Source of the DNA: an uncultured Actinomycetes bacterium
GTDB taxonomy: Bacteria > Actinomycetota > Thermoleophilia > Gaiellales > JAICJC01
Direction of reading: 5' to 3'
Assembly: GCA_963727235.1 (NCBI GenBank)
Contig: CAVSFZ010000009.1
Location: 179,328-243,327 of the forward strand
Length of the DNA: 64,000 nt
The notes under the pieces are model-generated. The model did not search any database and was not told the DNA's origin. It was given only the letters and a program-made list of their open reading frames with translations. Shown here one piece after another: positions 1 through 8,902 of the stretch; within the stretch, counting starts at the first letter, position 1, and the number at the start of each line of letters is the position of its first letter. The position numbers and the translations under genes are program-made.

Positions 1-940
1 ATCAACCCGTTCAACGCGTTCCACAGCCTGCCGGCCAGCGGCTCTGGCAGCACCGCCGTTCTGGCTGGGACAGCCGGGATCGGCGTGTTCTTTGCGTTCT
101 GGTCGTGGGTCGGCTTCGAGATGGCGCCGAACTACGGCGAGGAGTCGAAGAACCCCAAGCGGATCGTGCCGATGGCGATGTACATCTCGGTGATCGGCCT
201 GGGTATCTTCTACACGGTCACCTCGTGGGCCTCGATCTCGGCGTATGCGAACCAGGCCAGCGCCGCACTCGCCGCTCAGACCAACTACTACGGCTACTAC
301 CTGGTACCTGCGGCAGCGTTTGGGAATCAGTTCATCTCGGATTTGATGAGCTACCTGATTCTCACCGGGTCGTTCGCCTGCGGGATGGCGTTCCATCAGA
401 CGGCCGCCCGGTACATGTACTCCCTGGGCCGTGAGAAGGTCCTGCCGCCGGCGCTCGGTCGCACGCATCCCAAGTACCACTCTCCACACGTCGCCTCGCT
501 CACCCAGTCGGTCGATCGCGGCGCTGATCGTACTCGCGTTCGGCTTCGGCGAGGGTACGGGCGACCCGGGCACCAACGCCTACATCTATTTGTACGGGTT
601 GATGGCAGTCATGGGCGTGGTCATCATCCTGTGCGTCCAGGCCCTGGTGTCGGTCGCGATCATCAACTACTTCCGCAAGAATCATGTGGGCGAGCACCAC
701 TGGTTCACCACAGTGGTCGCGCCGGTGATCTCGGTGATCGGGCAGGTGTTCGTCGTTTACCTGGCGATCAAGAACATCGACTTCCTCGCGACCGGCGTGC
801 ACTGGATCCGGTACCTGCTCATCATCGACCTTGCGGTGTTCCTGCTGGGGGTCGGGATGGCGTACTACTTCAAGTCGAACGACCGCGCCCGCTACGAAAC
901 GATCGGGCGCTTGGTCAACGACGAGCTCGACCAGGTCTGA
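1..940 (+). pseudogene. APC-family amino acid/amine permease, 5'-truncated by window edge, +1 frameshift near 513-514 (real lesion or sequencing error)
   Basis: Frame 1 is open from base 1 with APC motifs (FFAFWSWVGFEMAPNYGEESKNPKR; ARYMYSLGRE..LP..LGRTHPKYHSPHVAS). The hydrophobic C-terminus continues in frame 2 (IAALIVLAFG...DELDQV*, stop at 940). Confidence 0.85.
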
Positions 941-946
941 AAGTCT

Positions 947-985
947 GGGTGGTGCGGGGGCGCGTGAGCGTCTCCACGACCACCC
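947..985. terminator. hairpin between convergent permease and GntR genes
   Basis: GGGTGGT-GCGGGGGCGC-GTGA-GCGTCTCCAC-GACCACCC imperfect inverted repeat. Confidence 0.6.
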
Positions 986-1008
986 GACCGGAGGGTCGCG
1001 ACTCGCGT

Positions 1009-1800
1009 TCATTCCGTCCCGATCACCTCGACGGAACTGCCGATGGCTGCCGCCGCCGTCCCGCTGACACGGACGATGATGCGCACACGATCGGCCCGGA
1101 ACAGGTCACGTGACGACTCGAACGCATCCCCTTCCACCGTCCAGGCGGTGCGCGTAACCGCCACAACCGCGGCGCCGGGGCGGATCTCCAGCACACGCGC
1201 CTCGGCGGTGGTTGCCCCGATCACCTCGATCCGTTCCTCGGCCTCAGCCGGGCGAATGCGGTACTCATCCATCAGCACGTCGTACAGCGAGCCCGAGAGC
1301 GAGCGGTCGAGTAGTCCCGGGAAGCGCCCGGCCGGGAACCGCGCCCGCTCCAGCGAGATCGGAGTGTCGTCGGCCAGCCGCACCCGGATGATCTCGAGCA
1401 CCAGGGCGCCGTCGGGAATACCGAGAGCCGCCGCCGTCTCCGCGTCCGCCTCCCGCGTGTCGGTCGAGAGCACTCGGGTTCCCGACTGGAACCCCTGCCG
1501 GCGAAGGTACGCGGGCAGACCGGTCAGGCTGGTGAGGTCGCGCTCGACCCTGCGGGCGGCGACGAATACACCGCCGGACCGACCGCGCACGCGGTAGACG
1601 TCACCCTCGGTCTCGAGCACATCCAACGCAGCACGCAGGGTGGAGCGGCTGACGCCCAGCCGGACAGCAAGATCTCGTTCGGCGCCCAACCGTTCGCCGG
1701 GGCCGTGCCGGCCCTCTGCGATCTCCGAGAGCAGCTGCCGGCGAAGCTTCGATGCAGCCGGCCCGAGCGGGGCCAGGCCGGCGGGGAACCCGGACGTCAC
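1009..1800 (-). CDS. GntR family (HutC/UTRA) transcriptional regulator
   Basis: wHTH (ERDLAVRLGVSRSTLRAAL) plus UTRA domain (IIRVRLADDTPISLE, SLYDVL, FRADR). Last gene of the BMC operon. Confidence 0.92.
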   Translation of the reverse strand: MTSGFPAGLAPLGPAASKLRRQLLSEIAEGRHGPGERLGAERDLAVRLGVSRSTLRAALDVLETEGDVYRVRGRSGGVFVAARRVERDLTSLTGLPAYLRRQGFQSGTRVLSTDTREADAETAAALGIPDGALVLEIIRVRLADDTPISLERARFPAGRFPGLLDRSLSGSLYDVLMDEYRIRPAEAEERIEVIGATTAEARVLEIRPGAAVVAVTRTAWTVEGDAFESSRDLFRADRVRIIVRVSGTAAAAIGSSVEVIGTE

Positions 1801-2589
1801 CTAAACGGCCTGGAGTGCCGCCAGGGACTCGGGCAGCGTCTGCCCTCCATCGATGACGATTGTCTGGCCGGTGATGTACGCGGCTTCATCGGTGGCCAGG
1901 AAGAGGGCCGCCGCGCCGACCTCCTCGACCTTCCCCAGACGCCCCAACGGCACCGACGCCTCCATCTCCGCGAGATACTCCGGGCCCAGTTCGTCCAGTC
2001 CCTCCGAGACCACGTTGCCCGGCAGCACCGCGTTGACGGTGATGGATTTCGGGGCGAGCTCGATACAGGCGGTTCGCAGAAACCCGAGCTGAGCAGCCTT
2101 GGTGGCTCCGTAATGCGACCATCCGGGAAACCCCGTGATCGGCCCGGTGATCGAGCTGGTCAGGATCACACGGCCGTGTCCCGACGCCTCCAGGTACGGG
2201 ATGCAGGCCTTGACGCTCAGCATCGTGCCCTTGACGTTGGTGGCAAAGATCGAGTCGATGTCTGCCTCGGTCATGTCGACCAGCTTCGTATCGGGGAAGA
2301 CTCCGGCATTCGCGCACAGGACGTCGATACCGCCGTGCCGCTCGACAACCTCCGAAGCCATCCGCTCGCAGTCGGCCGCCACTCCCACGTCGCCCTGCAC
2401 GAACGATGCAGTTCCGCCTCCGAGACTCGACAACTCCGCCGCCGCGGCCTCACCGACGGCCGGGTCGCGGCCGGTCACGACCACGTTTGCATCGGCTCGG
2501 CAGAAAACCCCGGCGATGCCCTTGCCGATGCCACGGGTGCCACCGGTAACGATCACCGTCCGGCCGGCGACTGGTGTGAACATCGTCAT
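1801..2589 (-). CDS. short-chain dehydrogenase/reductase, probable 1-amino-2-propanol dehydrogenase (aminoacetone reductase)
   Basis: TGGTRGIG, NAG and YGATK motifs; SSITGPITGFPGWSHYG; position matches the RMM/AAU locus SDR. Confidence 0.88.
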   Translation of the reverse strand: MTMFTPVAGRTVIVTGGTRGIGKGIAGVFCRADANVVVTGRDPAVGEAAAAELSSLGGGTASFVQGDVGVAADCERMASEVVERHGGIDVLCANAGVFPDTKLVDMTEADIDSIFATNVKGTMLSVKACIPYLEASGHGRVILTSSITGPITGFPGWSHYGATKAAQLGFLRTACIELAPKSITVNAVLPGNVVSEGLDELGPEYLAEMEASVPLGRLGKVEEVGAAALFLATDEAAYITGQTIVIDGGQTLPESLAALQAV

Positions 2590-2607
2590 CGCATCCTCCT
2601 TGGCACG

Positions 2608-3597
2608 CTATGAATACTCAGATAGGTAACGCTCGGCCAGGGCGCAGGATCCGGTTGTGAACCCGGCGCCCAGCTCGGCCGCCTCGGTCGCGAACTCGTG
2701 ATGCGATCCGATCCACGCCACCAGCAGCAATCGACGCAGCATCACGAACGTATCAAGCTCGGCCCGGTCGGCGGGGTCGAGCGGTACCACCGACTGGTAG
2801 CCCTCGACCCACGCATCCTTCAGCTGCGGCACGTCAGCATGGTCCTCGATGAATGACACGGTCGTGGCAAAGTCGTACATGAACCACGAGAAGCCGCAGT
2901 CGTCGAAGTCGATCACACGCACGTGGTCGCCTTCCACCAGGAGATTCGCCAGGCGGATGTCGGCGTGCACCAGGCCAAACCGTTCCGGCCCACGGCCGTA
3001 GGCTTCGAGCCGGCGTCGCAGGACAGCGTCCAGCCGCCCCAGCACCCCGAGCTCCTCGCGGCCCATGCCGAGGCCGTCCTGCCACCTGCCCCAGTGGCCT
3101 CGATCGCCCAGCGTGGTGTCGTAGTCCCAGGCAAAGCGCACGAAGCCCGGCGGCGGCGTCCAGGCTCGCGCCTGCCGGTGCATCTGCGCCGAGAGTGCTC
3201 CCAGAGTGCGAAATCCGGGCAGCAGGTCCCCAGCGTCGGGGTCCGGCATCTCGCCCGCAAGCCATTCGAACATCACGACGTTTCTGGTGCCCAGCTCGTC
3301 GGTCTCGACCTGGCACACTCGCCGGCCGTCCAGCGAAGGCACCGCCCGGGCCGTCTCGATCCACCCGTCCCGGCCAAGGGCGTCGATCCATTCCAGCTCG
3401 GACTCGATCTCCTGCGCAGTGTGATATCCGGGCCGGTGCACTCGCAGCGCGAACCTCCGCCCCGAGGACGGCTCGTCCACCCGGTAGGTGTAATTCTCCG
3501 AGACGTTGATCAGCTCGACGGTGGACCGAGGGTCGAGGCCGAACAGGACGAGGGCTGCCTGCGCGGCGCGCTCGATCGGCGCTCCGTCAGTGCTCAC
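2608..3597 (-). CDS. APH/homoserine-kinase-II-like phosphotransferase, probable aminopropanol kinase
   Basis: SENYTY, LRVHRPGYH, HADIRLANLL and IDFDDCG motifs; GTG start at 3597 overlaps the upstream stop. Confidence 0.88.
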   Translation of the reverse strand: MSTDGAPIERAAQAALVLFGLDPRSTVELINVSENYTYRVDEPSSGRRFALRVHRPGYHTAQEIESELEWIDALGRDGWIETARAVPSLDGRRVCQVETDELGTRNVVMFEWLAGEMPDPDAGDLLPGFRTLGALSAQMHRQARAWTPPPGFVRFAWDYDTTLGDRGHWGRWQDGLGMGREELGVLGRLDAVLRRRLEAYGRGPERFGLVHADIRLANLLVEGDHVRVIDFDDCGFSWFMYDFATTVSFIEDHADVPQLKDAWVEGYQSVVPLDPADRAELDTFVMLRRLLLVAWIGSHHEFATEAAELGAGFTTGSCALAERYLSEYS

Positions 3598-4237
3598 GAC
3601 CCGCCACGGACTCGAGCGTCTCGGTGATCGCATCGCGCGCACGCACGACGCTCTCGGTCGAACCGCTGATGTAGATCCGCCCCGCCGCGCCGATCATGGA
3701 GACCGTGACCAGCGTGATGTCCGGTGCGGCCCGCTCGGCCGCGTTGGCGCCGACGGCTGCGAACAGCGCCGGCATCATCTCGTACACCAGCAGCGATTCT
3801 CCGGGGAGCACCATCGAGGCCTCCCGATTGCGGTTGATGATGACCGCATGCTGATCGGTAATCTGCTCGATCACGTCGGCGTAGAGGATACGCGGTCTCA
3901 GCGCGTCCGAAGCTTTGGCGCCGATGCCCTCGAGGATGGCGGCACCCGCCCGATCCACCAGCGCCTGATCGGCGTGGTGTACCTCGAGCACGCCGAACTG
4001 CCGCTCGACGTACAGGATGCCGGGCTCCACCTCGGGCACCGAGCGCAGCGCGAGGTCGGTGATCCGCTCGATCGCAAGCGCCGGAGACACCTCGATGATG
4101 AGGGCGTTCTCGCCCTCGATCGGGGGGTAGCCTCGGGCACGCGTGGGCGTGCCGAGGTACGCGGCGAACTGCCGTTCCAGTTTCGAGATTGGCAGGTAGA
4201 CCCGTAGCTCAACCCGGGGCTCGGCCGTGACTGGCAC
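3587..4237 (-). CDS. BMC-T (tandem-domain) shell protein
   Basis: IIEVSPALAIE..D.AL, VERQFGVLEVH and MIGAAGRIYISG motifs of permuted BMC-T. Confidence 0.9.
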   Translation of the reverse strand: MPVTAEPRVELRVYLPISKLERQFAAYLGTPTRARGYPPIEGENALIIEVSPALAIERITDLALRSVPEVEPGILYVERQFGVLEVHHADQALVDRAGAAILEGIGAKASDALRPRILYADVIEQITDQHAVIINRNREASMVLPGESLLVYEMMPALFAAVGANAAERAAPDITLVTVSMIGAAGRIYISGSTESVVRARDAITETLESVAGREH

Positions 4238-4245
4238 GGACTGTC

Positions 4246-4527
4246 CTACGCCGACTGGTTGAGGAAGTACTTGTCGAGTTCGGCGTGCGGTCGCGGGATC
4301 ACGTGCACCGAGATCAGCTCACCGACGCTGGATGCCGTCTCGGCACCCGCCTCAGTGGCCGCCTTGACCGCTCCCACGTCACCCTGGATGACGACCGACA
4401 CCAGGCCGTCGCCGACCTCTTGACGGGAGATGATCACGACGTTCGCCGCCTTCACCATCGCGTCGGCCGACGCCAGCGCGGCGACGTAGCCCTTCGTCTC
4501 GATCATTCCCAATGCGTTGTCTGCCAT
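4246..4527 (-). CDS. BMC-H hexameric shell protein (EutM/PduA-like)
   Basis: ALGMIETKG, ADAMVKAANV, GDVGAVKAA, VHVIPRPH. Confidence 0.97.
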   Translation of the reverse strand: MADNALGMIETKGYVAALASADAMVKAANVVIISRQEVGDGLVSVVIQGDVGAVKAATEAGAETASSVGELISVHVIPRPHAELDKYFLNQSA

Positions 4528-4540
4528 GACTCCTCCTCGG

Positions 4541-4837
4541 TCAGGCCCCGGCCGTGCGGCCGGTGCCGGTTCGTCGTGCCTTGGCCGGAGAGGCCTCGGC
4601 GGGCTCGTCGATCGAGCCGATGATCAGTGCGTCGATCGGCGGTGACTCGCCGTCGAACCAGGCTGCGGCTACCGAGCCGGTCGCGATCAGCACACGCTCG
4701 CCCAATCCACTGCCCAGCACATCGAATGCGACCAAGCTGGCGCCGCCTTCGATCTCGACCTCCAGGAACGCGCCGCCTGGAATCTTTGAGATCCGCCTGG
4801 TTGCCCAGACGGAGCCGGTGACCGTTGCTTTCAGCAT
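4541..4837 (-). CDS. BMC-P pentameric vertex protein (EutN/CcmL family)
   Basis: VTGSVWAT, VAFDVLGSGLGERVLIATGS, PIDALIIGSID. Confidence 0.93.
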   Translation of the reverse strand: MLKATVTGSVWATRRISKIPGGAFLEVEIEGGASLVAFDVLGSGLGERVLIATGSVAAAWFDGESPPIDALIIGSIDEPAEASPAKARRTGTGRTAGA

Positions 4838-5421
4838 CCCCGCTCCTTCTCGATCTGCACTCCCAGGCTGCGCGCCCGGTCTCGCGCCATGGGCGTGATC
4901 ACAGCGCGCGGCGAGAGCACCAGCCGGGCGCCGGCCTCAGCGGCTTCACGCACGATCCGCTCGGTCACCGCCCCCTTCTCGATCCGCATCACTCCGCCGG
5001 ACTGTGTAGGTGCAGACCCCGGTAGGCCACCCAGCCGGAACCGGCGGCGCCCTGACAGGATCGCCGTCCGTTCGGCGGGATCGTCCAGACGGGCGGCGAT
5101 CGAGCGGACAAAGGCGTTCAGGTCGTCGTCGCCGCGCAGTTGGATCAGCTCGACTTCACCGGCATCGGCTCCCGAGGGCTCGTGTGACACCTGGGCAGCA
5201 CCATCGCCGGCTCGCCACCCCGACGGCCGGTGGACGGCAGCTATCGGAGGCGACGGCACCTGCGGAATTGCGCCGGTCTCGAGTGCGGTCACCGTGGCTG
5301 AATGGTGCCCGTTGCCGCTCCCGTTTCCGTTGGTCTGCAGCGTCTCTTGCAGCAGCGAGGGCAGGAGCTCGGCCAGCAGCTCGCGGGTGATGTTGCGCAG
5401 GTCGCCGTCGTCGGTGCTCAC
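4831..5421 (-). CDS. conserved BMC-associated protein of RMM/AAU loci
   Basis: N-terminal amphipathic helix DLRNITRELLAELL; C-terminal AVTERIV...LVLSPRAVITPMARDRAR domain; translationally coupled within the operon. Confidence 0.8.
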   Translation of the reverse strand: MSTDDGDLRNITRELLAELLPSLLQETLQTNGNGSGNGHHSATVTALETGAIPQVPSPPIAAVHRPSGWRAGDGAAQVSHEPSGADAGEVELIQLRGDDDLNAFVRSIAARLDDPAERTAILSGRRRFRLGGLPGSAPTQSGGVMRIEKGAVTERIVREAAEAGARLVLSPRAVITPMARDRARSLGVQIEKERGC

Positions 5422-6023
5422 GCGGCACCTCCCAACGCGACCATGGCGGCATCGGCGGCCGTTCGCACATCCGCCTCCATTCCGGTCAGGTAGACGCGGC
5501 CGGTGGCGCCGATCATGCGGTAGTCGACGACCTTGATGTCGGCGGCCTTCTCGGCCTCATTGGTGGCCAGGATGGCGTAGGACGCCGGCTGCATCTCCAG
5601 CACGAACAGCGACTCCCCGGGCAGCGCCATGGAGCCGATCTTGTTGCGGTTGATCAAGAACGAGTGCTGATGGTCGATGCGCGAGATCAGCTTGGACGCC
5701 AAGATCTGTGGTCGTACTGCCGATTCGGGTTTGGCGCCCAGCTCGGCCAGCACCGCAGCGCTGGCCGCCTGCACGGCCGCGGTCGACCGGGAGTGGATCT
5801 CCAGGTAGCCGAACTGGCGCTCGACGATCAGGATGCCCGCCTGAACTTCGGTTGACTTGAGCGCGACGTCGGTCAGCGGTTCGATGTCCAGACCGGGTGC
5901 AATCTCGATGATCTGCGCCGCCATCCCCAGCCGCGGCAGCCGGCCTCGGATCCACGTGCCGAGATAGCACATGGTCTGCGGTTGAAGCTGATCGAGGAAG
6001 ATGAACGACCGCAGTTCCGCCAT
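5418..6023 (-). CDS. second BMC-T shell protein
   Basis: True start MAELRSFIFLDQLQPQT at 6023 (the listed 534-aa ORF is over-extended); IEIAPGLDIE, VERQFGYLE, MIGATGRVYL. Confidence 0.9.
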   Translation of the reverse strand: MAELRSFIFLDQLQPQTMCYLGTWIRGRLPRLGMAAQIIEIAPGLDIEPLTDVALKSTEVQAGILIVERQFGYLEIHSRSTAAVQAASAAVLAELGAKPESAVRPQILASKLISRIDHQHSFLINRNKIGSMALPGESLFVLEMQPASYAILATNEAEKAADIKVVDYRMIGATGRVYLTGMEADVRTAADAAMVALGGAA

Positions 6024-7528
6024 CACTGCTTCACCAACTCGCGCAGCTCCTCGAGCAGCACCCGCCGGATCTGCTCGCGCGCGTCGGCGGCGTCGGGCGT
6101 GAACTCGGGTTTGGCAACCGGCTCGGCCGTGAGCGTTGCATTCCACGGCTCGAGGCCGGTGAAGTCTCCGAACGGCTCGGCCGGATCCTTGGCGTAGGCA
6201 ATCCGCGTCCAGTTGACCAGGTGCCGGGCCTCGAGGTTCTCTCCCAGCGACGACCGGCCGAAGAACCCGGTGCCGACCGTCATGGTCGTCAGGAGGTTCG
6301 TGTCGAGACCGGCCGAGCCGGTGCTCCCACCCACGTTCACGGACACTCGCAGCACCGGCACCGCACTCGCGTAGGCCATGACCGTGCGGGGATCGCGCGA
6401 GTGGATCACCGCCGAATGCCCGGCGCCGCCGATCCGAAGCATCGCCTTGGCGGCCTCGATGCCGCGCCGGGCGTCGGGCACGCGCACGAGCCCCAGCAGC
6501 GGGAACAGCTTCTCGCGTGCCAGCGGCTCCTCGGGCACCACCAGGGAGAACGGCGTCACCAGCACCCGGGTGCGGGGCGGCACGCGGATCCCGGCCGCCC
6601 GGGCGAGCGTCTCGGCGTCCTTGCCGATCAGCTCCGGGGCGATCCGGCCATCCGGATAGACCGCTGCGCGTACGGCGGACACGTCGCTCTCGCCAAGCAC
6701 GTGGGCGCCGTGCCTGTTCAGCTCCCGCTCGAAGGCATCGGCGACGCGTTCCTCGACGATCGCACACGACTCGTTGGTGCACAGGATCGAGTTGTCGAAA
6801 GCCTTGGACTCGGCCAGGCGTTCGGCGGCGGCGGCGAGGTCGGCGGAGTGATCGACCAGCGCCGGCACGTTGCCGGGGCCGACGCCCATCGCCGGGTTGC
6901 CCGAACGGTAGGCGGCGCGCACGACCGCGGTGCCGCCGGTGGCGACGATCACGTCCGTGGTGGGATCGGACATCAGCGCCTCGATCAGCGGGATCGTGGG
7001 CTCCTCGACCACCTGCAGGCATCCGTCGGGAGCGCCCGCGGCGACGGCGGCCTCGGTCAGGGTACGGACAGCGTCGGTGGTGACCTCACGGGCGAGCGGG
7101 TGAGGGCTGACGACCACCGCGTTTCTGGTCATCAGCGCCAGGATCACGTTGAAGTACGCGGTGGCGATCGGGTTGGTGGACGGCGTCAGCGCAAGTATCA
7201 CCCCGGCCGGCCGGGGCAGCTCGACGATCTTGGTGTCGGGGTGAACCCGGGCGCTGACGTAGTCGTGGCCCGCGTACCGCTCGACCAGTCCGCGCGAGCA
7301 GGCCTGGTTCTTGATCAGCTTGTGCTCGGCGACGCCCATCCCCGACTCTTTCACCGCCCAGTGGGCATACCTTTCGGCGTTTTGGTATGCGGTGTCAGCC
7401 ACCGCATCGACAACCCGCGAAGTCCTCACCGGGTCGTACTCGGCGAACGCGGTGGCCGCCCAGTGCGCCCGCTGAAGCATCATCCGGGCTCGGGGCACTC
7501 CGGGCGGCTCGGTCACTCGCTCGCTCAC
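6023..7528 (-). CDS. CoA-acylating aldehyde dehydrogenase (EutE/PduP-like) with C-terminal encapsulation peptide
   Basis: LTPSTNP, ATGG, GVGPGNVP, SKAFDNSILCTNES, EKLFP, GHSAVIHS; tail REQIRRVLLEELRELVK. Confidence 0.92.
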   Translation of the reverse strand: MSERVTEPPGVPRARMMLQRAHWAATAFAEYDPVRTSRVVDAVADTAYQNAERYAHWAVKESGMGVAEHKLIKNQACSRGLVERYAGHDYVSARVHPDTKIVELPRPAGVILALTPSTNPIATAYFNVILALMTRNAVVVSPHPLAREVTTDAVRTLTEAAVAAGAPDGCLQVVEEPTIPLIEALMSDPTTDVIVATGGTAVVRAAYRSGNPAMGVGPGNVPALVDHSADLAAAAERLAESKAFDNSILCTNESCAIVEERVADAFERELNRHGAHVLGESDVSAVRAAVYPDGRIAPELIGKDAETLARAAGIRVPPRTRVLVTPFSLVVPEEPLAREKLFPLLGLVRVPDARRGIEAAKAMLRIGGAGHSAVIHSRDPRTVMAYASAVPVLRVSVNVGGSTGSAGLDTNLLTTMTVGTGFFGRSSLGENLEARHLVNWTRIAYAKDPAEPFGDFTGLEPWNATLTAEPVAKPEFTPDAADAREQIRRVLLEELRELVKQ

Positions 7529-8817
7529 GCGTGCACCGCCGCGGCCGGGGTCGCGCGCAGCTCGGCCAGTGCCTGTCCGATCGAGACCTCGGTTCGATCG
7601 AGCACCTCATCCACCAGCTCGGGGCCCAGCAGGATGCCGGGCTTGAACTGCAGCACGCGCGGGTCGAGCGTCGAGAAGATTGCCCATACCCCGTTCTGAT
7701 ACAGATGCTTCATCACGATCTTGGCTCCTTCGGGATGGTCGAATTCCAGCCCCATGACGACGCCGTCCTGGCGGATGCCGATGAACCAATCGGGATACAG
7801 CTCCTGGATCGCGCGCAGCCCGCGACCAAAGCGATCGGCGATGTAGTGCACCATCGAGCGCACCTCCGGCCGGCCGCAGATCTCGAGCACCTTGAGCGCC
7901 ACGATGCAGCCCAGCTCAGCCCCGCCTCCGGTGGAGATGTGCCCGAAGCCGTCTTCCTTCAGCCACCCAGAGCACTCCTCGGACAGCACCACGCACGAGA
8001 TCGGGTAGATGCCCCCGGTGATGCCCTTGCCGATCACCATGATGTCGGGCTCGATCCCAGCCTTGGCGATCCCCCACATCTCCCCGGTGCGCATCAGGCC
8101 GGTCTGCACCTCGTCGGCGATGAACAGTGCTCCGTAGCGCTCACACAGGCGCTTCACCGCCAGCAGGTAGCCGGGGGCGGGAAGCGGGAATCCGTATGTG
8201 GCCGGGATCGTCTCGAGCAGCACCGCGGCCACGTCGCCCGGACTCAGGGCCGCCTCCATCGCCTCCAGGTCGTTGAACGGCACCTGCACGAACTCGTCCG
8301 GCCGGTCGGACAGAAACAGCCGCGAGAAGCGATCGTCGCCGGCGGCCACCGCGAGACCGCTGTGGCCGTGATAACCCTTGAGGATCGAGACGATCTTGCG
8401 CCGCTGGCGGGTGTGGCGGGCGGTCTTGATCGCGATGTCGGTCGCCTCCCCTCCACCGGCTCCGTACACCACCCGCCGCATGTTGGGCGGGCAGGTCTTG
8501 ACCAGCGCCTCGGCCAGAGCCGTTCGCGCCAGTGCGGGGAAGTGGTGGTTGCCGATGTCGAACCGCTGCATCGCCTGCTCGAGCGTCGCGATCAGCTCAG
8601 GGTTTCGATGGCCGAGGCTGTAGGTGCCGCCGTTCAGGTGAAGGTCGATCAGACGGCGGCCGGCCATGTCCCAGAAGAAGAAGCCTTCCCGCCGATCGAT
8701 CACCAGGTCGACGCCGGCGTTCTGCCAGAAATCGGTCTTGTCGGGATTCCAAAACTCCCGCGACCGATCCAGGAAGTCGTCCTTCGACTCATAGGAGAAA
8801 AACCCGTAGTCGTACAT
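7525..8817 (-). CDS. class III PLP aminotransferase-fold protein, putative aminopropanol-phosphate phospho-lyase
   Basis: GYHG, ETIPATYG, FIADEVQTGLMRTG, PDIMVIGKG; first gene of the BMC operon; ATG at 8817. Confidence 0.88.
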   Translation of the reverse strand: MYDYGFFSYESKDDFLDRSREFWNPDKTDFWQNAGVDLVIDRREGFFFWDMAGRRLIDLHLNGGTYSLGHRNPELIATLEQAMQRFDIGNHHFPALARTALAEALVKTCPPNMRRVVYGAGGGEATDIAIKTARHTRQRRKIVSILKGYHGHSGLAVAAGDDRFSRLFLSDRPDEFVQVPFNDLEAMEAALSPGDVAAVLLETIPATYGFPLPAPGYLLAVKRLCERYGALFIADEVQTGLMRTGEMWGIAKAGIEPDIMVIGKGITGGIYPISCVVLSEECSGWLKEDGFGHISTGGGAELGCIVALKVLEICGRPEVRSMVHYIADRFGRGLRAIQELYPDWFIGIRQDGVVMGLEFDHPEGAKIVMKHLYQNGVWAIFSTLDPRVLQFKPGILLGPELVDEVLDRTEVSIGQALAELRATPAAAVHA

Positions 8818-8826
8818 CCACACCCG

Positions 8827-8855
8827 ACCATACCGAATGTAATACCAAAAGTCAA
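8827..8855 (-). promoter_or_regulatory. sigma70/SigA-type promoter of the BMC operon
   Basis: Minus strand TTGACT-N17-TATGGT, 9 nt upstream of the ATG, in an AT-rich intergenic region. Confidence 0.75.
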
Positions 8856-8902
8856 AAGATTCGAAATGGCCTAGTCAATCTGGCGTGGTAGGTTCTTCCC
8901 AC

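Noticed and set aside
5418-7022. 534-aa ORF suggesting a BMC-T with a long N-terminal fusion
   Set aside because: The extension is an Arg/Gly-rich alternative frame overlapping the aldehyde dehydrogenase; the true start is ATG 6023.
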